DNA of 64,000 nucleotides from Sphagnum compactum (lineage: Eukaryota), in contig OZ234493.1 in NCBI GenBank assembly GCA_965153455.1, forward strand, positions 27,456,213 to 27,520,212, read 5' to 3'. Each line of letters opens with the position of its first letter. Position 1 is the first letter of the stretch. The position numbers were made by a program, and so were the translations under genes. This document shows positions 15,335 to 29,400 of this stretch, piece after piece. Below the pieces are notes generated by a model. The model ran no database searches. It saw nothing but the letters and a program-made list of their open reading frames with translations, and had not been told where the DNA came from.

Positions 15335-18300
15335 ATGGAGCATCCTGTGATGTTCCAGGGCGTGGCTAAGGACTCGCCGGCCTTTCGTCTCATGACGCAG
15401 ATGGTAAGAAGTTCCGTCCTGGACTTTCGCCTTCCTGTTTGTTGTTTCTTGTGTCGAAAACTCTGATAATCTCGACATCTCTGGCGGCCTCGGAAGAGAG
15501 AGAGAGAGAGAGAGAGAGAGGCTAGGGTTGAAAGAAATATCTTGTGGCGCAGTCTTCGACGGGGATTTGCTAAATCTATGAGGACGAGATTGCTTGCTGT
15601 GGATGTCTTCGCAGGGATGGGAAGAGGGAAAGGGTTTGGGGAAAGACAAACAGGGGATCAAGTCCCACATCCGAGTGAGAAAGCCTCGAGAAGAGAAATC
15701 AGGTTGGTTGTTTATCATGCTTAAGTTTTCCCCAGCCCCCAATTTTAGTGTCAAGAGTGCAGATTGTGCATTGCAACAATACCCATCTCAGAAATCCCTG
15801 TGGATGCCTACACCTCCCTCTTGTGGCATCATCCTCAGTCCTGGAACTCTTAGTCGCTTAAATTCTGAATTCAAAGATTCGCAGCGCAGTTTCTTATGCA
15901 AGAAACCAAATCAAAACCCCTGTCCAGTGTTCTTTCCTTTGACAGTCAGGACTGTCTCTGATGGGAAGTTCTGATATTTTCCAATCAATAGCTGCACTCC
16001 TGGCTTTCTGCAAAACATTCCATGCACCTTTGCTCCAGAGAGTTTCAGTAGATAGTTTACTTACTGGTCATGAAGCTCAAACTCTAATTAGGGTTTTGCT
16101 CAAACCCTTTTGTCTGCATTTGGTTTGTACAATAAACTGCATCCTCAGTGTCAGCTTTTGCACAATAACTCAGCTGGATTGGTGACACGGATCTTTTGTT
16201 TGTGGATCCAACAATCAAATCAAATTTTGCAGCTCACGGGCAATGCTCCAACTGCCTGTGAACAAAACAGTCAGCTGTAACAATGTACTGTATGCCTGAA
16301 CATCAGAATGTCACCAGGAGTCTGATCTGTTGTTAGGGTGCTTAATGCTCAAATGTGGATCTTCTCCATCTTGAGAGCTGACTGTGTTTACACCTTCTCC
16401 TGCTGCAATATGGTTACCCCTGGTTGTTGTGCTGGGACCATAATCCCAAGCATGACTGGACCTGAACTGTGTGGAACCAATCTTGCATGCGGATTTTATG
16501 ACCAGTGGGTGGTGGTTGTATACTACTGACCACTGTCTTGTAACTGTCTCTCACGATTATGTTTGGACAAGACATCTTATATGTGACAAGACATATAATT
16601 GATGTCAATTGTTGCAATGCAGGTGTGGGTGTTTATGAAAAGGAAAAAGCAGCGTCTGATTGGACCATCAACACACATGTATTTGATAACATCCTGAAGA
16701 ATCTTAACTTGGTACTGACCCATTACCCTGTAAAGCCTGTATTTACTTATGCTTGGAATTTGCAAAAAAAATGTTGACTGAAAGTCAAAGGGTGTAGATT
16801 CTTAAGAAGACTATAGATTTCCACAGCAAGAATTCCTCCTAGCTACAACAATGCAGGTCATCACAGGTCTCTCTCATCTCAATTCTAATATCTCAGATAC
16901 TCATACATTTAGTGTGATCAATAGTTATGTTTCAGATTCTTAAGCCCTGTCATTCTGATGAGTTCTTCTTTGGTCAGGAGTCAATAATGTCAATCCAATT
17001 ATGGAGAGTTTTGACTCCCACCTTTTCTGGGTTTTTCTCTTTCCTTGTTCTCCCTTCTCTTTGTGGTTTCTGTTTCTAGGGTACCTGTTGCTTTTATGTT
17101 TGTGTCCAAGCTAGCATCGTTTGCTGAATGGGTTACATGTGGATTTTTGACAGGAGCTCAGTACATAGTTCAATGTTTAGTTGGCCTATATGTCCTGTCA
17201 GGAACTGATGAAGTGGGTAGGAAATTTTTGTATTTCGGCAGGGCATGTTGATGGTCATTGAACTTTGAAGAAACTGTTGCTATGGTTGACACCAGATTCT
17301 GCTCTTTTAGTTGGTGTTTCTCCTCTTACTCCTGCTGCTCCCTGTTTCAGTCTCCTGTTCTTTTGTTGGCGATTCTCATTACCCTTGCTATTAGGTCATC
17401 TCACAATGCCTATTCAGGTCTGACTCAAATTGTGAGATCAAGCCTTCTTAATGCATTTGAGGATCCATATATCTATACTCTCTTTAACCACTACAAGGAG
17501 GGGTGGTGGGTTTCAAGCTTGTAGTGGTTAAAGAGAGTATAGATATATATCCTATATTCATGCATGCTGTGTGAATCCTTCAGAGATTTTGCCACCTTTG
17601 TTGACCCATTGGCCAACCATGTTGTTGGTGAGCTTAAGTCTCTGATTGCAGTGTTTTACAGTAAGATTGGAAAATGATCTAGTTGTGAATAGAAAAGCTC
17701 TGTTGCATTCAGTGAGCTTCATGTTGGGCCATATGGTAAGTGTTTGTGATCGGACTCCCAGGGCTCATCTTTCACCTCTTTTAGCTGTGAAATGAATTTT
17801 GAGAGTACTTGAAGAGTAGGAAAAGAGAACAGCTATAATCTGAAGTTGCTGCAATGTTTCTGAATGTGGGTTTGGGCTTGGAACAGCAAGTGGCAAATTC
17901 CAATGTAACAAAAGGCAAGTCAGATCTTTACATTTGGATCTCAATAATTTCTATCTGAGTCCTGAGCAAAGTAAAACTACCGAATCACCAGTAGATGCTT
18001 TACAAATGGACCAAAAATTCCCCGATTTTGACCAGGAAATGTAGTCCCAGTTTTGTACTGAAATTAATTTGGAATGATAATGAAAAAGTAGGTTATATTA
18101 TAGTGTGGGAAACATGGTGGTTCTTTTCTACGATCCTGGATGGCGATGGACCTGACACTTGGACTGTGACCTCCTGGCTTAAGTTGCAGGAGGCCTGCAT
18201 AAAGTGACCTATGTTGGGTTTTGCAGGGTATACAAGTATGTTAGTTGATCCTATTTGAAGAAAACAGTGCAATTTTCTTTTATTGTGAACATTTCAGGTG

Positions 18301-20897
18301 ATTCTCTTTTGTTGCTGATTTCAGTGCCCAAAGAAGAGTCAGATGAGACTAGTGATGATGAGGTTCCTGAAGTCAAAGAAGTAAAGGTGAAAAAAGTCTC
18401 ACGGCCACAGGGAAGGTAAGTTTCCTACTTTCCATTTTTTTTCTTACTGAATTAGACACCAGCAAATGGTAAACTCATACTTTCTAATTGTGAAATTGTG
18501 CCTTTTTCTAGAATGAATTCGCACACAATTCAGACCAGTGTTGATGTGGCATGATAGATTTGCAGGTACAAGAGAAGAGAAGGTGGAAAATTTGTCCGAG
18601 GCTACTCTGAAACAGACCTCAAGGCTATTTTGGTGAATACAGCAACCTCTTTAGTTTAAGGAGTTGGGATTTATGCTTTCATTTTATAGTTCTGGTTTTT
18701 GGGTGATTTAGAGTGTAAAGCTTCTGACAGAAATAAGTCAAGTATTATACCAACAATAGAAAACATTTCAGCACCCATGGAAAGCTCCAAGTGAAACAAG
18801 ACTAAGAAAAGCTTGAACAAATGTCTACAGACACTCCAGGGTCATGGCCACTGAAGTGAGATATCTCTTTTGTTTGAAAGTGTGCGAGCTCGACAAGGAA
18901 CTCTAACTTTGAGCAGACAGTTACATTGACCATGACCCATTGCTCTCTTCTGTTATTAAATGTCTGTATATGTTTGCACAGGGTGGCCAGGATGATGGAG
19001 TCTCAGTAAATACTGCTAAGGAAGTGACTGCTGCAACAGATGCAAAGATTAGTAACCAGCCATTAGAAGCAGGAGTTATTTCCACAAAGAAAAGTTCAAA
19101 GTTGAAGAAAATGTCTGAAGGTGGGGTGCACATATGAGCTCTGGCTGGCATGGTTCTTTTGTGTAAGGAATGTTCTTGAATATTGGAACTGTGGTGGAAA
19201 AAGCTACATCATAGTTATTGGGTGAGGAAACTGTGGTGTACAAGGCTAATCTTTTCCTTGTGTTTGCATTGTGAAGACTAAGCTTGCAGACAACATCTGT
19301 AATTCCACCCTTTTTGTTTTGATAACTTTTCTATGGTGTGTGAGCAACTAAAGCTAGTTTGTTTTTGTGTCATGTTGCAGTGGTTCGTCCAACTGAGAGG
19401 GAAACAGAGCTACAAGAGGAAAAAGTGAACACTCCTCCCAGTAGAATTCAGGTGAGAGAAGAAATCAATCCTGCACATGAGGCACTTGCGGTGGATTGGT
19501 GGGGTACGAATTTCAACTTTGTCAGGGGTGGAAGATTGGGATCCACACTACATAAGCCCAATGCAGCTGTGGGCAAGCCTTCTGAAGAAGACAAGGCTTT
19601 GTCAAATGGCCGAACTGAATTCTGTGAACAGGACCAGGAGAATCTTTATAAGCTTGTTCAGGTGAGTTAAATGTTCTTGTAAGATTCTGTGATTTGCTTG
19701 TGTCACCAACCATGATGAGCATTGTCCCCATTCTGGTGTCCACCCAAGTCTGTAGCAATTTTTAGTAGTACTGTTTTTGGAAGATGCAGTAGGGTATGGT
19801 TGTCATGAGGCCAATCGTTTGTTGATGGTGATTCATTTCTTGTGAAATTTATTTGCTACAGGACAAAGCAACTACTGGGAAGAAGGGATTGGGTACTGGA
19901 GATCGCACCCAGAAAGTAGGAGGGGCTCACTTCAAGGGCCAAAAGAAGGTTTTTGGTGATGATGATGATGATGGTAGTAAACCAGAGAGGGAGCCAGGCA
20001 CAGGCAATGGGTGCAGTAAAGATCTATTGAAGGAAGATGACAAACCAAAAAAGCGAAAGAGAGACAGGGGTGGTGGAAATGAAGGGACAGTGAAGGAGGG
20101 TTCAAAAATAAAGCTCAAAGAGCTCATTTCACAGATACTAACACAGGTCCTATACTCGTTTCCTTATGTTTTTGCTTTGCTGTGCTATTTCTTCAATTTT
20201 GGGGCTTTGAGTGAGCACATTTCATGGAGAACCCAAGGCCTCAGCACAAAGGAAATTATCTTGTCAGATGAGTAAATAGAAGTCATATTCTGATCTGGTA
20301 AACCTCATCTGGTTTTGGTTCTCCAGGCACCTGAACAGAGAATGAGTGTAAAAAGATTACAGAAGCGGGTAATTGCTACGACTGGTTTATTTTCAAATCT
20401 GACTGAAGATCAAGTTGATAGCTTCAAGGACAAGGTGAAATTGCCTTTGGATTTGGATTCTTTTCTCGTTTCTTTCTTTGGTGTCAACATCCAAGGAATT
20501 GCAACCCTAAATTCCTACACCCAAGAAGGCTTGTATGGACATAGTCTTGCTATGCATGGGGGAGGTGCCTCACTTTCTTTTCTTTTGTGACGCCCTTTTT
20601 GGGTTCAAATCAGTCCCTAGTGCCAGAGGGTTTTGTTTAAAGAAACAACTGTCATTTTCATGATGCATTTGGCAATAAACCCTAAACCCTAAACCTGCAA
20701 CCTGAAAACTATATATTCTGGGTCTGCTTCTAATAGACCAATTTACTGTTTAAGAGATGGCAATTACAGCATGAATGTCTATTTTGGTTGTAAGATGGAT
20801 ACTGAGTCAGATCACTGTTGTGCAGCTGTTAAAGAGCTCAAGGTTTGTGGTGGAGGGCAAGAAGGTGTCTCTTGCAGCTATCAAGCCCAGGACTTAG
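15335..20897 (+). CDS. GDP1: G-patch domain nucleolar protein, GDP1/PINX1-like (ribosome biogenesis)
   Basis: Exons 15335-15403, 15615-15702, 16623-16711, (probable small exon 16817-16856), 18325 (or 18298)-18415, 18566-18632, 18982-19120, 19381-19661, 19862-20146, 20327-20434, 20826-20897; all GT-AG. Protein: [36 protein letters not shown] (G-patch), FDNILKNL, RPQGRYKRREGGK..YSETDLKAIL, WWG..FVRGGRLG, FCEQDQENLYKLVQDKATTGKKGLG, ending SSRFVVEGKKVSL; these are motifs of plant GDP1 proteins. Confidence 0.9.
17467..17548. repeat. Perfect 31-bp inverted repeat with 20-nt loop inside a GDP1 intron
   Basis: ATATATCTATACTCTCTTTAACCACTACAAG (17467-17497) and its exact reverse complement (17518-17548). 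Confidence 0.95.
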
Positions 20898-21859
20898 GTG
20901 ATTTGTGTGTCAATTTCACATTCAAGATTCTTGTTCTTCCTTCATAATTCCTTCATAATTCCCCTGTTATTGGAACACAGTATCTGAGTACCAAGACGAG
21001 GTGAATTGTCTGATGAATTGTCTTCCCAGCATCTTCTTAGAAACCTGGAGTTCCTTAACGGCTCTGATCCCCCATCACCACTGAACCTTACCTCCAACAA
21101 ATGTGGGTTTCACTGAGAAATTTATCTGGGCACATGGTATGTGTAGCCTGACACGAAAAATGTAATGGTGGAACAACTCTGTTTCAACCACAAAACAGAA
21201 CTGGCAGGGACTGTAGTTCAAGTTGAATAGTAACAATTTGTAGGTATTTTTGTCAAGAGGAGACATGTAGTATTTCTTCTTTTGGATGAGCCACTATCAA
21301 AAGGAGGCTCCAAAACTTTTTTTGCTGAGATAGTGCATGGAATGTATGTGCTGACAATTTTGAGCGGGTCATCCTTTTTGGGTATAGAAATCAAGTTGCA
21401 AAACTGGCCACAATGTAAACAAACCCTGAGGCTGGAATATGGGTAGTTTCGGTCCTTTTGCAGCTTTCGTTATCTTATTGTGATCAGAGTAGAAATCAAG
21501 TGAGAGGGTACTACAAGCTTTTGGTGTACTGACATGTGAATGCAAAAGAATTGCAGATATTTTCTGTCACCAGTGATCAATGTGGTGGTGGTGTCCTCAT
21601 TTTCGCACAATTTTGCCTGTTTCTGTTTGTATGATGTACCAGTCTTTTGACATGTAGTTAATGACGAATTTCACCTTCACTTTTGTTTGGTTTCTGTGCA
21701 AACATGTGTTTGCACAACAGTAGACCTTGAACAGCATCTGGAAAGAAACCTTTGATGATTGCTTCATGAGTTCATAAGGGGCTTGAGATATGTCACTTAA
21801 CAGTCAGGCTTGATTTTCTTCACCATTATGATAGGTGCTTTGGTGATGCTTGTAACAAA

Positions 21860-23555
21860 GAACCTTCAGCAGGTGCAGTAGCAGGCTTGCCTTGCAGAGT
21901 TTGCACTGAAAATGGCTTTCTTTTGCAAAGCCAGTGCTGGAAAGTTTCCTGGCAAGGTTGAGCAATAGAGAAGGTGAAGAAGGATGGCCTTCCTTCACTC
22001 AGAATGGAGAGTTGCAGGTGGCAATGGGCAGTTGAGTTTGCAGTGCCAGGGATAACAATCCTGCAGACCACAACCCTTCTTCTCTCATGCTTCCGTTTTT
22101 TCTAAGTACCTGATTGGATAATGCTCTTGCAGAAGGTGCACTGGATTGCAGAGCTAGATTAATTAAGTTCATTTTACATGTGCTTTTTGCTCATGCAACG
22201 TTGGTGTGGTTGTTGCAGCAGATGGCAAGGCTGCAGGACACTTGTGTTCTGTGCATGAAGGTGAATAGCACACATGATTACTAGTAGTAGTGCAAATGAG
22301 TGGAAATTGTCACAATTACTGCATGAATTGGTACTTGTGCCATGGATCCAAGCTGTACCCAACTCAGGTTGATCTTTTTTTGGAGGCAAATGGTCTTTTG
22401 GGTGGTCTTTTGGTTCTTTTCCAGGAGAGGAGATGCAGATGACTTTGGCCTCAAGTGTGATCCAGAAATACTCTCAAAATTGCTCCTGGATTTGTCTCAT
22501 GGTTGGAAAAAGCTTTGATAATGAGCCGCTGATTGATGATCATCAGCTTTTTGGAATTATTCAGCGGCCTTATCAGATTTTGAATGATGTCACTACAGTT
22601 TCAAGTTTGATGCAATCATGCAAGTGCTTCATTTTCATTTCAGTCCAAAGATCTGAGCTCAGTCAGGCTATTGCTACATCTGTGGATTTCTTGCAGGCAC
22701 TACCTGCAGTCCAAAATGATCAACTTGCAGGTGCTCTGGAGAATGATTACAGTGTTGACCATTGAAGAAATTCCACATTATGGAGATCAATTCAAGTACC
22801 AATGTCAGTTGATCTTCTTTATTGAAATCTCATCTTACTTATCTCCAATTTCCATTCCATGATCAGCCTTGATGCCTAACTCTTTTCAAGAATCCAGGCA
22901 TATACTTTGTTCAAATCCCAATGCCATTCAGCAGCTGATCATCAGAACCAGTATGGTCTCCAGTATAAAGGAACAGGACTGGGAATTTGTCAGTCTAGCA
23001 ACATCAGCATATCATTCTTTCATGGGAAACTCTTCTTGTCTGCCCCCCCATAGCTCTCTTCTTCATGAAGGTCATAAGTTACTCAAGAACTTCACGAGTT
23101 CAAAGTTGATGAGTAGTGATTCTGGGATGAGATCCTGGCCAAGAGGTGGTTGTTGTTTTTCAACATACTATTTGTGCGAATCTTGCAGAGGGTGTGGATT
23201 GGAAACCAGGCCAAAGGTGGCTGCTGTTATTCTGCAACATACTATTGTGTAATCTTGCAGCATGTGTACCTGACTGGGCTGGAGCATGCAGGAAGATCAA
23301 ATGTGATTGCATTACCAATTCCAGGCCTTTCTCATGGGATTTTACACATGAGCTGCTTATCATGACTGATGTCCATGCAGAAGATTGAAATCTACCGCAT
23401 GATCATGATGATCTGAATATTGATCTCAAAGTGGCTATTTTTCCCATTCAGAGGGATCTCACACAATATTGATCAGTGGACCATTGCAGCAATATCATCA
23501 CTGGTATCTTGGTGTGTGCTCATTCCGAGGATGAAAGGCATGCAATCAGAAGGTA
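21860..23555 (+). pseudogene. Degenerate coding-like region, unidentified pseudogene
   Basis: Higher-GC stretch with chained, frameshifted ORFs (22433-22765, 22869-23252, 23146-23388) and exon-like boundaries (TTCCAG|GAG ~22424, GAAG|GTATG ~23553); no recognisable family. Confidence 0.3.
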
Positions 23556-26439
23556 TGGATTTCTTTGCAAATGTGTGCTAGTGGTCCTGTAACTATAGAA
23601 CCATTGCATCACCAAATTATTCATGTTCTCTTAGTTTGGATTGAATTGCAACAAAGTTGAGTTTGAATTTGTTAGCACTGTGAGGCCAACTACATTGAGA
23701 TCACACGGAGAAATGCATTGTACCAAGTACCCGCTTTTAGGGAAAACTGGAATATTATATTTAGTATCAAAAGTAGTACAAAGGAAGACTTCAGTCATAT
23801 TGAATTCTTCTAGAAAAAAATCACATTTAGTTGATTTGAAACAATTTAAAATTAATTTGAGTCATGGTTTCTTGTGCAATTTCTTGTATCTATTGGCCAT
23901 TTTCAAATAATTTACTATATATATTTGACATTCAAACCTGCAACAAATATTTCACCTTTTAGTACTTCAAAAGTGCAATAATAAATGTGTGTATACATAT
24001 ATATATATGTACCTCACAAAGTGCCCCTTAACGAGGTAGAGTGCACATTTCCCCCTTTTGCGATTTTTTTGAAAATGGAGAAAAAGTTATTAAATTTAGA
24101 GTGATTTCTTGTGTCTTTGGAAATTAAAATTAAAAAAAACTAAAATTTTCAGAATTGATTTCCACAAGAACTTTGAAGTTAAGGCCATTTTTATTTATCA
24201 TAATTGTATTGAGATCCATGACCCTGACAAGTGGGTTTGATGTTCTTAAGTCAAATTGCACAAGGGCCCACTAGTTACAAGGGAGAGAGCTTGAAGTAAC
24301 CCATCCAAAGGGTAAGGAGAGCCTAACACCTAACCCAATGATTTTTATTTTTTTTTAATAGTTTTATTCCAGTTTATTCATCTAGGGAAAGAAGACTAGA
24401 GAATAACAATATGTAAAGCACTAAGAGAAATTCCTTATTATATTTGGAGGGCATTTAATAATATCTATGAGTATCTCTCCTAAAAAAGGAGGAGGGATAT
24501 TTAGCTTACGGCTTGAGTGGGAGTAGGCATAAGAACCCTCCCTCTCCTACACCTCATGATCTCCATATTGTCTAAAGGTTCATGATACCTTTCATTTGGT
24601 GTTTTTGAACTTAAAAGTCAAAAGGTGGGAGCCATTGCTTCACTCGAGGCTTGTCGTGCTTTATGATGTGTAAAGTTTAAGGGTGAAGGACATTCCTTCA
24701 CTTGTGGCTTTCCATACATTACTACAATGTCCAAAATTGCATGGAGGTGTATTCCATTGTTGGTTGGTTATTAAAACATGACCGAGTTATCAATAAGGTT
24801 ATAATTAACTTACATCTTGATTTTTTTACTTTTGTGAAAATCGATTTGAGAACCTACCTTCTTCATAGGTAGCATCCAAAGAAAACAAGCAAAGATCCTT
24901 ATAGGCCAAGTATTGAATTTTCGATTTTAAAATCCTAATTGGATGATTGGAACTTCATCCATGTAGATTATCAATCTAAAAACCTTAAATCTATTTATGA
25001 CAAAATGGTGGTAATACCACATACTCTAGGGCTTAATTAGAAATGTTTTCAATTTTGGAAAAATGTTTGGGTTCTACTCATTTGCATATTGTTGCAAGAT
25101 TGCACTTTGACATTGGCTTGAATAGAAACTTGGTCATTTGAACTATGGAATTTACCATTTGTGTTTAATAGAGCATTTACCAAATGGTAAATCCCATATT
25201 TCTTATTGTTTCTTCTTAATATGTTTCTTGTCAATATGTGAATTTTGGCACTTCATGTTTGGTAGTTCATTATTGTGCTCCTTATTGTGCTTTGCACTTT
25301 TCATTGGCACCATGGACAATTTTTGCGTGGATTCAACATTTTATCTATTAACTAATAACCTTATTCTTGAAAATAAGACCACATTAAAAAGAAAACTAAA
25401 AAGAACATAACTAAACCTTAAAAGTTACCTTACCTAAATAGAATAATAGGTGGTTCTTAAGGTGGATATTTGAGAACCAACCTTTTTACATAAGAGTTGG
25501 TTGTTGCCAAAAAACAACCAAGTAAATTGATAGTTGAGATAATTGTTAGTGTTGGGTGATTCTTTGGTTTTAAAAGAACCTTGAATTTTGGTTTTGACAT
25601 TGTAAAATTGATTTGGAGGTTTTTTAGGTGGGGGTTTGAATTTGATTTTTAAAATTTTAAACTTTTCAATTTCAACTCTAATAAAAGAAAATTCAAATTA
25701 AAAGCCCTTCATGCTTAGTACAAAAATTGAGTTTGATTCCATGTACATATTACACACTCCCTCATGCTAGAGATGTAGAGTCACAAAATTTTATGAGAAA
25801 TTAAAATAAAGGTCTACATAAGTACAAAGTTCAATGACTAATTAAAATTAAGCCTTCAATATAAAATTTAGCCTATTTATTAACTTTCCAAAACCAAAAA
25901 GGAAATCAACTTTCCAAAAAAATCAACTTTCTTACTTAAAAATCACAATCATATTTTTTATGAATAATTTTTCATGGTTCTAGTTTCAGTTCTAAATCAA
26001 ATAAATCCTAGTTTCAAGGTTCGATCCTTTTTGCTAATTCCAACAAAATGGACTCAACTTGGGTCAATGACAAGAACTTGAACTTGAACCTTTGGTTTCA
26101 TTGTGCAAATCAAATACCCTCACAACAATGACAAATTACTTTGACAATGAAATTGATAATTACTAACATGCTTTGGTGAATGTTTTTATATTGATTCCTT
26201 GTGTGGTGCCAAAAAATATATAATTAAAACTTACCCGACCACTTAGGGGGGAAAACAAAGTAACCACCAACCAAAATTAGTGTGTTTCAATTGCATGGGT
26301 GTGAAAGAACTAGTGTTTGGTGGGCACCAAGCAAGAACCTGGTAACGTAGACTAATATTGATCTTAGTATGAAAAAATTGACCACATTGGTACAACCTGA
26401 AGCAATACTAACATTCTATCAATATTCGCCTAGGAGGAC

Positions 26440-29400
26440 CAATGTTGGGTGGGTATCTCATTTTATGATACTCATCACATTTTGTTTTCACAAAATAAAT
26501 TACAAAAGGTTGTGGTTTTCATTTTTTAATAAAAAATTTAACCAATTTTCACAATGCTAGTTCTCACAAATTTGAAAACAACTAGTCATCATTCAACAGT
26601 TCTCACCAACTGGTTATTACATTTTTTAAAATAAAAATTATAATAAAAATATTCCAAAATATTTTAAGAATTATTTATTCTATTTGAATTGTTAAAAATC
26701 ACAAAATGATTTTATATAATTTTTTCTAAAATATAACCAAAATTTTTATTTATTCCATTTTCACACTTCAACAATTTCATCCTTTTCAAAGTCCCCTTCA
26801 AATTCCTCTAACTCTTTTTCTAAATCTACATCCTTCTTAATGCATTCTACTAAATTAATGCAGATTTACATCCTATCTTAAGGTCATTTAGCCATTTTTT
26901 GTTACAAATATCAATTTCTCTAAAGTTTCAATCTATAAATGATATTTCCTAAAGTTAGTAAATATTCTAACAAATGAAATAATTCTTTTTATTTCAATAT
27001 TTACTCGAACAATGCCCAAAATTCAACGAACTAGGCAATAGTTGGAAACATTGCTTCATATTTCTTCACCATTTGACAAAACATTTTATGTCTTTAGCAT
27101 CCAATTAATATCATCTGAAAATCAACAATTCTTTCTTAACGAACTTTTCTGTTGGTTTGCTTGTGTTTGTAGTTTGTTCAAAAATATGCAAACTGCAATC
27201 CTAATCAAAAATATTTTTGTGAACATTATTTTTATCTAACCTTATCAAAGGATGCAAATGTTCAAAACATTTAACCAACATAGGATACAAGTCTTCTTAT
27301 CATATTCATTAACAAGGTTAACATTTTGCTCATGTTCAACAAATGAAGATATTATTCAAAGGTTTTTTAACCTAGGGTCTAGCATAAAAAAATCATAAAG
27401 TATGGGTTTTTTAATTTTCATAATTTTTAAAATGAAAGGAAAGAATTCAACACACCACAAACTTTTTTTCTAATGTTAGAAACCAACAAAGCCAACTTAT
27501 CAAAAATAATTAAACATTTTCCATTTGCTTTTCAAATTTAGAATCAATTTCATTTTATTCATTGAGTTTTAAACTCATTGAAATTATAAAGTGCAATGTA
27601 TCACTAGTAGCCAATGTCCACGTGTTTGGTTAAGAAAATAAGTAGAAACAATTAAAAAAAGACATTCCACAATAATGTGAAAAAGTTGTCAAGTCAAAGG
27701 TGGAAGCATTCGATTATTAACCCCCACAATAGTATGTTTACTATAACAGAGCACAATTGTAGAACGAAATTGCAATGCCGCTTGAAACATAATAATTTTA
27801 CTAGCAAACTTGCAGACATAACAACAATAAAATGATTATTATTTTCATTTAATTGAAAATTAAAAAATTAAAAAATACAAAAATAATACTGAAAAACAAA
27901 TGACTACATGGTTTTCACTAGAGTGTTCAATTTCCTTGGCTGAATTCTAGTTTTAACATGTGTCTTATTCCATTCATGCCTACCCTTCCCAAATTTTTTT
28001 AATTCAATGATGCAATTTCACAAATCTATTTAAGTAGACTTAATGGAAACATATTTCAAATTTTTGCAAACCTTTTCCTTTATTGTGTCATATTGACATG
28101 CCTTTGAGAAAACATGTCCAAAATAAGTTCCTTGGAAACTTTCTTCCAAACCAAGAGATTCACAACTAACAACATATTTCAATGCAATAGTCATAGCATT
28201 GAAATTAAATTTTTCATCTTTGACATAAACAATGATTTCTTTCCTTAAAACATAATTATCCAAATTTTTTGTCAAACTTCTAGCCAAAGCTTTTCTTCTA
28301 GCCTTGAACAAGCTAATAGTCACATGTTTCAACTGCCAATCATTCCCTAAAAAATAGTAACTAATGTAAACACATCATAAACTCCTTTGGACATCCATAA
28401 GTTAAAGTTAGCAGTTGTAGAATGAAATTCTATTAATGTAAGAAAAACATGAAATTGTTTTGTTTTCTCCACTAGCCCTAATAATATTTCTTGTGATTTT
28501 TTTTTTAAAATGACAAAATTTAGTTTTGGACATAAGCGCAAAATTAACCATTTTAGCCAAATACTTTCCACAAATTGAATTGGTAAATTATTTTTGATAA
28601 TCAAAAGACCAAAGGTCCTCAAGAAATTCTTTATGTGGCACATCCTCCTTTTGGAAGGTATCTTCCATAACAATTTTTTTGAAATTGACCTTTCAAATAT
28701 ATTTCCTTTTTTTTAATAGGTTGTCTTTTCTTTGTTTGTTTCATTGCATTGTTCATTTTTCTTTTCAAATGTATTTGCAATAAACATATGATCTACATCC
28801 ATGTTTTTAAAAAAAAATTATTCCATTTGTTTTGTAATAAAAAATTAATGTTTTTTTTGCTTGTGTTCTTAGATTTGTTACAATTAGTGGTTTTTTATCA
28901 CAAAGTATACAACACATGATTTGTGAATTCACATTGTCATCTACACAATAAAATCCCCAACATAAAGATGTTTTTCCATGAAATTTCCAAAATTTTCTTT
29001 GAACATGCATCTTTTTAAAGTTAATCTTCATTACTTAATTTTCTTTGAACATGCATCTTTTCAAAGCTAATCTTCATTACTTTTTCAATTTTGTTCAAGA
29101 TTTCAATTTCCTTCTTTTGATTTTTGCTTCCTTCAGTTTCCACAATAGTTTATATTGTTCTTCCATAATTACATCATTCATGTTTATTTAAATTGTCTCA
29201 CTACTAAAACTTATTCTATTTTCATATGTAGAAGACCAATCCATTGAAAATAGTTTTTCAAGAATATATAGCCAAGGCTAATGGAGAAAACCTATACTTT
29301 TCTATACCAATTCAACAAATTATAAACTACTTGCAAATAAAGTAAAACATTTATAAAAAAAGGTTTTAAGGGTTTTAAAAAGAGGTTTAGGGTTTAGAAA

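Noticed and set aside
15236-15754. 172-aa minus-strand ORF
   Set aside because: Antisense shadow of GDP1 exons 1-2 and a (GA)n repeat
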